A stretch of 37,536 nt of DNA, taken from IMG/VR virus record IMGVR_UViG_3300045988_062118, positions 1 to 37,536 of that record. One strand, written 5' to 3'. Positions within the stretch are counted from its first letter, which is position 1; each line of letters begins with the position of its first letter. This stretch comes from a virus. Positions 31,767 to 37,536 of the stretch are shown here, one piece after another. The position numbers and the translations under genes are program-made. The notes below the pieces were generated by a model that saw only the letters and a program-made list of their open reading frames with translations, searched no databases and was not told the origin of the DNA.

Positions 31767-32717
31767 CTACGACACCGAATATTCAATGTCTATGCTGTTA
31801 TCATCTATCTTAGCTATGATATTTGTTATCTGTTTCTTGACGGTGATTCCTGTAATATCCTCTGTACCACCAGTAATATCCCCAATCTGCATTGACATAT
31901 CTGGTAGTGTCATATCTAAGCTGTCCACATTAAGCTCCTGTATTCTTGCTATACCGCCTGTTCTAAGCTCATCAATATTTGCTGCCGAACTATAGTCATA
32001 TATTGCTGTGCGTTCTTCCAAGCCTTTATATGTCTGCGTATCAGTGATATTTCCCACCTTATCAACGTACAAGTGCAGCACCTGACGGTCTTTGAGCTCG
32101 CCTTGACCAAGGCAGATAAGATGATTATATCCATTCTTGACCTGTGTGATATTGTAGTTGATATCCGATCTCATACAATCCTTATCCTCTGTATAATCGT
32201 AAGGCACCGCACTACTCATAGTCACATATCCATCTTTAATCACAAGCCTGAGAACCCTGTTCTGGGTGCTCAACAGCGCACATATGCCATCATAGAGACT
32301 CACATATCTGTTGAACTGAAATGATTGTACATTCCATGATTCGCCTGTCATTCTGTATATGCTGCTAAGTCCAGCCACTTCAATGAGCTTATTGATCACT
32401 GTAACTGCATCACCTGTTACGATTCTGTAGTCTTCGCCATTCGGTGGCTCAATAATCTTGTCGCAAAGTATGCCTCTGAGATTCCGGCCCGTATACCTAA
32501 TCTCCCTGTCTGCAGTAACAACTCCAACATTATCAACTATGCCACCGTATTCTGTGTTGTTGATATACCACCATGAGCCACCTCGCAGAATGTTATTATC
32601 CCTAGCTACAGTTATCTCAAAATCCTTATCCTTTGCAACATCCACATCTGCGCTGAAGTTCCTGAGATATCCCTGTTCTACCCTGTCTGCATCAGTGTAT
32701 ATCAACCTTATGTCCAT
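31767..32717 (-). CDS. Tail-tip / baseplate protein (siphovirus Gp37-like)
   Basis: 316 aa downstream of Dit. The N-terminus (IRLIYTDADRVEQGYLRNFSADVDVAKDKDFEITV) recalls Gp37-like tail proteins. Confidence 0.5.
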   Translation of the reverse strand: MDIRLIYTDADRVEQGYLRNFSADVDVAKDKDFEITVARDNNILRGGSWWYINNTEYGGIVDNVGVVTADREIRYTGRNLRGILCDKIIEPPNGEDYRIVTGDAVTVINKLIEVAGLSSIYRMTGESWNVQSFQFNRYVSLYDGICALLSTQNRVLRLVIKDGYVTMSSAVPYDYTEDKDCMRSDINYNITQVKNGYNHLICLGQGELKDRQVLHLYVDKVGNITDTQTYKGLEERTAIYDYSSAANIDELRTGGIARIQELNVDSLDMTLPDMSMQIGDITGGTEDITGITVKKQITNIIAKIDDNSIDIEYSVS

Positions 32718-33532
32718 TTTGGTTCACCTCTCTCATGTATTACACTTAAATCAAAATCAAAGCTTCCATTCCACATCACACGATGATTCCCGGGGGATAT
32801 CTTTTCAAACACATCGCTTTGCTTGTCCCTGTATCTGAACATGTTTTCCCGGGTTCCATCTGCTTTCACAAGAGTTATCGTAAGCTCTGCAGAATTAATA
32901 ACGATCTTATCTCCATCGCCAACAACACACCTAACGCTGTAGTAATGATTGTCAACATATATGACTGGATTAACAGCACCACTATGTATGCTGAGTACAA
33001 AATCACAGTTTCTGAAGTCGTCCACCTCAAGCTTACTGATATTGTCAGAAATTGAGTTGTAATCATATTCATAACAATACTCATAGCCTTTACCTTCAAT
33101 AAACTTATCTGGTACATGCTTATAGTTGTGCAACTCTTCCTTCATCCATCTGCCACCATCTGTTACTACTTTAAGTGACAGATTCATCGATGTAGCCACG
33201 TCAAGATAATTGCTCTTCGCCGAACTAAACACATAGCATTCAAGATAGTAATCTCCTATATAGAGCTTCCCTTTCTGTTCTGCTATGATGTCTTTTTCAC
33301 AGACTTCATACAGTCTATTCTTAAGATCGATACACTTCTTCTTACTTTCTGCCGATATAACAACAGGGATGGTCTTTGAGACCACCCCTGTTCTGAAATT
33401 TTCGGCACGGTTCCTGCTGCTATCGTATGCATATTCGTAGTTTCTGAGATCGTTTGAGTTGGCAAAGATACCCTTCTTCCCAAACTCTATAGTCTCACCT
33501 AAGTGATTCACATATCTAAGCTGTTCAAGCAT
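32708..33532 (-). CDS. Distal tail protein (Dit)
   Basis: 274 aa immediately after the tape measure gene. The N-terminal pattern is typical of phage tail family proteins. Confidence 0.7.
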   Translation of the reverse strand: MLEQLRYVNHLGETIEFGKKGIFANSNDLRNYEYAYDSSRNRAENFRTGVVSKTIPVVISAESKKKCIDLKNRLYEVCEKDIIAEQKGKLYIGDYYLECYVFSSAKSNYLDVATSMNLSLKVVTDGGRWMKEELHNYKHVPDKFIEGKGYEYCYEYDYNSISDNISKLEVDDFRNCDFVLSIHSGAVNPVIYVDNHYYSVRCVVGDGDKIVINSAELTITLVKADGTRENMFRYRDKQSDVFEKISPGNHRVMWNGSFDFDLSVIHERGEPKWT

Positions 33533-35867
33533 TCGCCTTCACCATCCTTCCAAACTCCCTGCCGTCTATCTTTAGTCTTACCCCATCAGTCAAAGCTTTC
33601 ACTATCAGGTCATACAGATTATCATCTATATGTTTAATGATCTCTAATATCTTATACAGTACATTCAAACACTCTGAGTTACCTCCCACAGGTGTTCCAC
33701 CTGTTATATCTGCCATATCCTCCGCTACTTTCCGAATCCATCCAGTGTTCTTCTCAAGTGGCACTACAGCCTCAGCTCCATTACCCTCAAGGATACCAAC
33801 CTGACCACGCTTAAGCACACCACCTTCAGCAAGCTGAGGAGCGTCAAGCTCATCAATCCTTGATATAGATACCTTAGGAATCTTGTTAAGAACTGATATA
33901 GCCGAATTGATTGCCCGGATAAAGCCATTGATAATCCCTGTAGCCTTGCTCAGTATCGCATTGACCGCTGATGTCACAGCACTAGATAATCCGTCTGCTA
34001 TTGCTGTTCCAACCTTACCGAATATATTCTTGATCTTCTGCCATGTTTCTGAGAAGAAGTTCACTATCGGAGAAAATTTATTCTTAACCCCATTATATGC
34101 CTTGCTGAATATATCACTGAACCATGTACCTACATATGCAAATGCACCTTTTATATTGGATCCTATATTACTAAAAAACTCAGGTGCAGCGTTCCACGCT
34201 TTCTTGATTCCCCGCCAAGCTGCAGCAAATGATTCTTTACAGTTATTTATCACTGTAACTATCAACTTGATAGCAGACTTAAGCGTTCCTGAAAGCATCT
34301 TACAATACCACTCAAGGATTGGTTTCAGCACATTTAGATAATCTTCCATCAGCATCGAAAGTATTTCCGCCAGTGGTGGTAATATCATATTGATAAGATC
34401 TGTCAGTGGTGTGATTACCTGCATTACCAAGTCGATAATCGGTGTCAACATATCCAAAAACGGCTGTAACAATTCAAGTATAGGCTGCAAAATAGCCATC
34501 AAAACAGGCAGTAAAGATTGAATAATCTGAGTCACCGGCGGCAAAAGCATATTGATCAGATTCGTAAGTGGCGGTAAAACCGCCTGAATAATCTGCATCA
34601 TCGGTGGTAAAAGCAGATTAAGCAGTGTTGACAGTGTTGTCAGTACTGGTCCCACTAACTGCAGAATCGATGGTAAAATCGATGTCAGAGTGCTAAAAAC
34701 AGAATTTAGAGCGGTTGATATCGACTGTCCCAATTCCCCACCTATGCCGGGCAGTAATGTCTCAAGTATTCCGGGCAGATTATTGACCACCTCAGACAAC
34801 AACGATGTCGCTCCCTGTATCAACGATGGTAGTAACTGCTCAATAAGAGGCGGTATGTACGGTGCCAGTTTCTGAGCAAGCTGAGACAAGCCTGTAACTA
34901 CTCTCGGCAGTGTATCGGCTATCCTTGGCACAAGATTATCTGCTACAGCCATAGCCGAATCAACAAGGTTATTCATCAGCACTCCCATATCCTGAGATGG
35001 GTCAGCCATACCTATGAGCAGATTGGCCCATGCGGACTTCATCATACCGATGGAACCCTGTATTGTCGTGGCTGCTTCTTTTGCGGTGGTTCCCATAGCT
35101 GCAAGAGCCTCTTCCTGCGTCATGGTTCCATTCTTCACTGCCTCAGCCGCTTGTTCAGCAGTGAGTCCAGATATTCCCATCTCGACCTGAACGGTATGAA
35201 TAGCCTCAATCATCTTATCGAATGACACACTATTGACGTTATCTGCAGTCACAGTCATGGTGTCACCAAGTACACCAGAGTCATTGATAAGCCTTGCCAT
35301 CTCGGATGCAGTACCACCATAGCCAAGCTTGAGGTTATCTAACATCGTGTAGTTTTGCTTAGCAAAACCCTGATATACATTCTGTATAGATGCCATATCA
35401 GTTCCCATCTTGTTGGCATTATCAGCCATATCTACAATAGCTGTGTTTGCTATTTCAGCCGCCTGTGCTGTATCACCTTCCAAGCCTTGCAATAGCGATG
35501 CTGAAAAGCTCGTTACAGTGTCCATATACTCGTTTGCCGACAGCCCCGCCGTCTTATATGCATTATTTGCATACTCAACAACCTTATCTGAGCTGTCCTT
35601 GAACAGCGTCTCAACACCACCGACAAGCTGTTCGTAGTCCGCATACTCGCTTACAGCCTTAGCAGTAATGCCAGCTATTCCAGTAGCCACAGCCGTTGTT
35701 GCAACAACAGCTACCTTTGCTGCCTTGAGCATAAACTTGCCGATATTACCAAACACAGAACTCATCTTTTTGCTTGTCTTCTCTGCCTTGTCGCTAGTCT
35801 CTTCAATTTTCTCATTCGCATCCTCATTTGATACTGCGATTCTTCCCAGTATCTTAAATACTTCCAA
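33525..35867 (-). CDS. Tail tape measure protein
   Basis: 780 aa. TTG start after AAAGGGGG. Alpha-helical with repetitive LLPP..QIIQ..LP segments. Follows the chaperone pair. Confidence 0.9.
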   Translation of the reverse strand: MEVFKILGRIAVSNEDANEKIEETSDKAEKTSKKMSSVFGNIGKFMLKAAKVAVVATTAVATGIAGITAKAVSEYADYEQLVGGVETLFKDSSDKVVEYANNAYKTAGLSANEYMDTVTSFSASLLQGLEGDTAQAAEIANTAIVDMADNANKMGTDMASIQNVYQGFAKQNYTMLDNLKLGYGGTASEMARLINDSGVLGDTMTVTADNVNSVSFDKMIEAIHTVQVEMGISGLTAEQAAEAVKNGTMTQEEALAAMGTTAKEAATTIQGSIGMMKSAWANLLIGMADPSQDMGVLMNNLVDSAMAVADNLVPRIADTLPRVVTGLSQLAQKLAPYIPPLIEQLLPSLIQGATSLLSEVVNNLPGILETLLPGIGGELGQSISTALNSVFSTLTSILPSILQLVGPVLTTLSTLLNLLLPPMMQIIQAVLPPLTNLINMLLPPVTQIIQSLLPVLMAILQPILELLQPFLDMLTPIIDLVMQVITPLTDLINMILPPLAEILSMLMEDYLNVLKPILEWYCKMLSGTLKSAIKLIVTVINNCKESFAAAWRGIKKAWNAAPEFFSNIGSNIKGAFAYVGTWFSDIFSKAYNGVKNKFSPIVNFFSETWQKIKNIFGKVGTAIADGLSSAVTSAVNAILSKATGIINGFIRAINSAISVLNKIPKVSISRIDELDAPQLAEGGVLKRGQVGILEGNGAEAVVPLEKNTGWIRKVAEDMADITGGTPVGGNSECLNVLYKILEIIKHIDDNLYDLIVKALTDGVRLKIDGREFGRMVKANA

Positions 35868-35893
35868 AAGGGTCTACCCCCTTTCCTCGATAA

Positions 35894-35925
35894 TAAAAAA
35901 ATAGAGACACACGTTCTGTGTGCCC
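35894..35925 (-). terminator. Terminator-like hairpin between the chaperone and tape-measure genes
   Basis: Minus strand: GGGGCACAC-AGAAC-GTGTGTCTC (with G-U pairs) followed by TATTTTTTTATT. Confidence 0.4.
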
Positions 35926-36225
35926 CTATGGTATAAAATTCTCTATGATCGACATGGAATCCTTTATGGTTGTTTCAAGTTCGTCTCTGCTTTCAAATGC
36001 CCCTGATCTGACCGGCTGTGAACTGCCACCTGATGTGCCATACAGCCTTGCCTTGAAGTCATTAAATGATATGTTCTCCCAACATTTGTGAATATACATA
36101 TCCCAGAGCTTGTCATCATCGTCAAGACGCACAAACGTGCATACAAACTCATCAAAGCTCTGATTGTCTATCATCGTATCAAGCAGAGTGTACGGATCCG
36201 CATATCTGTGAAATATCAGATCCAT
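35926..36225 (-). CDS. Tail assembly chaperone, T-like segment (probably made as a -1 frameshift fusion)
   Basis: This frame is -1 relative to the upstream chaperone gene and stays open upstream to 36309. Confidence 0.55.
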   Translation of the reverse strand: MDLIFHRYADPYTLLDTMIDNQSFDEFVCTFVRLDDDDKLWDMYIHKCWENISFNDFKARLYGTSGGSSQPVRSGAFESRDELETTIKDSMSIIENFIP

Positions 36226-36239
36226 GAACTTGAGATAGC

Positions 36240-36749
36240 CTACTGTCTCTTCTCGAACAATCTTGAAACAACCTTGATAAAATCCGCAAAGCCCGGAAGT
36301 GTGACCGCATCATATAACATCTGTGTGAACACAGAGAGGTCAAGATCTGCTACCTCATCCACTGTCATACCTGACAGGTGTGACAGGCAGACAAATACCT
36401 CACGCTGACAGTCTGACAGCTTTGTCAGGATCACATCTACAAGCTCGAATGCAAGACCAATACCCACATTCTCAAGGAACTTCGATGTGTCCTCATCATC
36501 CTCATCACCAGCAAGTTTCTCACGTTCCTTCGCAATGAGCTCTTTGAACCCATTGCCGCTGAATGAATCTTTGAAGTCCTTTACCCCCAGCCTGCTGAAC
36601 AGTTTCAGGAATGCAGCTATATCTGTAGCCTTTGGATTTCTAAGTGTATATGGCTTGATCTCCTGCACATCTTCTGTTGCCTCGGCATCTTCTACTACTT
36701 CGGTATTCTCTACTACATCTTTATTCTTTTTTATCTCGGTTGTTCCCAT
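36240..36749 (-). CDS. Tail assembly chaperone (G-like)
   Basis: 169 aa, acidic, between the major tail and tape measure genes. AAAGGAGAG RBS. Confidence 0.7.
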   Translation of the reverse strand: MGTTEIKKNKDVVENTEVVEDAEATEDVQEIKPYTLRNPKATDIAAFLKLFSRLGVKDFKDSFSGNGFKELIAKEREKLAGDEDDEDTSKFLENVGIGLAFELVDVILTKLSDCQREVFVCLSHLSGMTVDEVADLDLSVFTQMLYDAVTLPGFADFIKVVSRLFEKRQ

Positions 36750-36774
36750 GATTATCTCTCCTTTTCTATGTCAA

Positions 36775-37428
36775 TTAGTCTGTTACTTCTGTACTGGAAT
36801 CTATAGACTGCTGAACCTGCTCCGTTGTCGTGCCGGTAGGCAAATAGATGTGGTATGGCAATGTATCAGCTGCCGGTGACAGATCCGCATAGCACTCAAC
36901 AGTCAGCGCAAATGTGCCATTCTCTTTGTTCTTGCCCTCTATCTCAAGGCCTGATGTACAGAGCGCATTGTCAAAGATCACGATAACAGGACGACCATCT
37001 AAGAATCTTCCAATATATCCGAACTTCTCAATGTAATCATCCTTTTCAATTCTTGCCTTGGATTCGATCACATCGTATCCTTCCGCTGTTGATGTGCCAT
37101 TCTGTCCAATAATAGCCATCTTGATCGTCTCAGGCGACAGCTCCACCATGTTAGTATCCATCTGTGCTGTCTCGCCTATCTTAACTGCCAACTCCTTAAC
37201 CTTAACTGATGCACCATCGACCTCTATATCCTTGAGCTCAGGCTTGATTGACAGCTTTGTACCGCCGGATGTTGCACCGATCAAAGACTCAGCAAAGTTC
37301 CATGTCTTTTTTGATGCGTCATACCTGAGCCCTTTGTGAATCGTTCCGGCACCAAACACAATGTTCTTCGGTGTCTTGTCTGTGATACCGGATGACTTAA
37401 ACTCTTCATAAGTTAATGTATCTGCCAT
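36775..37428 (-). CDS. Major tail protein
   Basis: I prefer the start at 37428 (MADTLTYEEF...), after GGAAGGTGA. Position and size fit a major tail protein. Confidence 0.75.
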   Translation of the reverse strand: MADTLTYEEFKSSGITDKTPKNIVFGAGTIHKGLRYDASKKTWNFAESLIGATSGGTKLSIKPELKDIEVDGASVKVKELAVKIGETAQMDTNMVELSPETIKMAIIGQNGTSTAEGYDVIESKARIEKDDYIEKFGYIGRFLDGRPVIVIFDNALCTSGLEIEGKNKENGTFALTVECYADLSPAADTLPYHIYLPTGTTTEQVQQSIDSSTEVTD

Positions 37429-37435
37429 GATATAA

Positions 37436-37536
37436 TCACCTTCCATTCTTATATTCTTTAATAGTCAAATTGATCTGTATACGTTTGAGGTCTGCATCCC
37501 CTGTTGGAATCGGCGACGCATTCCCATAAAAAACGG
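37436..37536 (-). CDS. C-terminal part of the junction-spanning tail completion ORF (continues from 1-329)
   Basis: Frame followed by hand across the junction: ...GDADLKRIQINLTIKEYKNGR, then TGA at 37438-37436. Bases 37482-37536 duplicate 1-55. Confidence 0.7.
   Translation of the reverse strand, partial: VFYGNASPIPTGDADLKRIQINLTIKEYKNGR
37482..37536. repeat. 55-bp terminal overlap, identical to 1-55
   Basis: Direct comparison shows an exact match. Confidence 0.98.

Larger units (their letters stand above)
1..37536. mobile_element. Complete circularly closed temperate siphovirus-type phage genome (unique length 37,481 bp)
   Basis: Lysogeny, early/replication, packaging, head, tail and lysis modules are all present. 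A 55-bp exact end overlap closes the circle and an ORF reads through the junction. Confidence 0.85.

Noticed and set aside
34380-34640. Periodic DNA repeats in the tape measure gene
   Set aside because: They encode the repeated LLPP..QIIQ..LP helical segments typical of tape measure proteins and are not an independent element.

Overview
The window is a complete, circularly closed temperate siphovirus-type phage or prophage genome. Bases 1-55 are identical to 37482-37536, so the unique length is 37,481 bp, and one ORF reads across the junction. Gene content and signals point to a Gram-positive (Firmicutes/Clostridia-like) host: AGGAGG-type RBSs, GTG/TTG starts, a GH25 + Cpl-7 endolysin, a BhlA-like holin, SPP1-like head genes and a DUF1492/ArpU-like late regulator.

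Nearly all genes are on the minus strand:
- Early and replication module (23434 down to 10940): Cro-like protein, YqaJ exonuclease, DUF1351, RecT, DUF1064, replisome organizer, PAPS-reductase-like protein, C5 methyltransferase, Bro-N/KilAC antirepressor, Lar-like protein, ASCH, YopX, late regulator.
- Packaging and head (10520 down to 344): TerS, TerL, SPP1-type portal, two extra genes, MuF/gp7, DUF2829, scaffold, major capsid, connectors.
- Tail and lysis (wrapping the junction, 37536 down to 29168): tail completion, major tail, G/T chaperones, tape measure, Dit, two tip/fibre proteins, two holin-like proteins, endolysin.

The plus strand carries only the lysogeny block (23576-28232): CI-like repressor, ImmA-like protein, three accessory genes and a tyrosine integrase.

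Candidates most worth follow-up:
1. A lysogeny-strand two-gene operon: a 173-aa unknown protein plus a membrane-anchored DUF4041/T5orf172 (GIY-YIG-like) protein.
2. A MuF protein with an AT-rich C-terminal HEFGH zincin-like module and a translationally coupled 68-aa partner (polymorphic toxin/immunity architecture).
3. A terminator-bracketed DUF2829 (Tad2-like) cassette inside the head operon.
4. An operator-controlled two-gene moron (acidic 83-aa protein + HTH) next to attP.
5. A late-promoter region with four 10-bp-phased repeats followed by two terminator hairpins.

All family assignments are motif-level recognition from memory. No searches were run.
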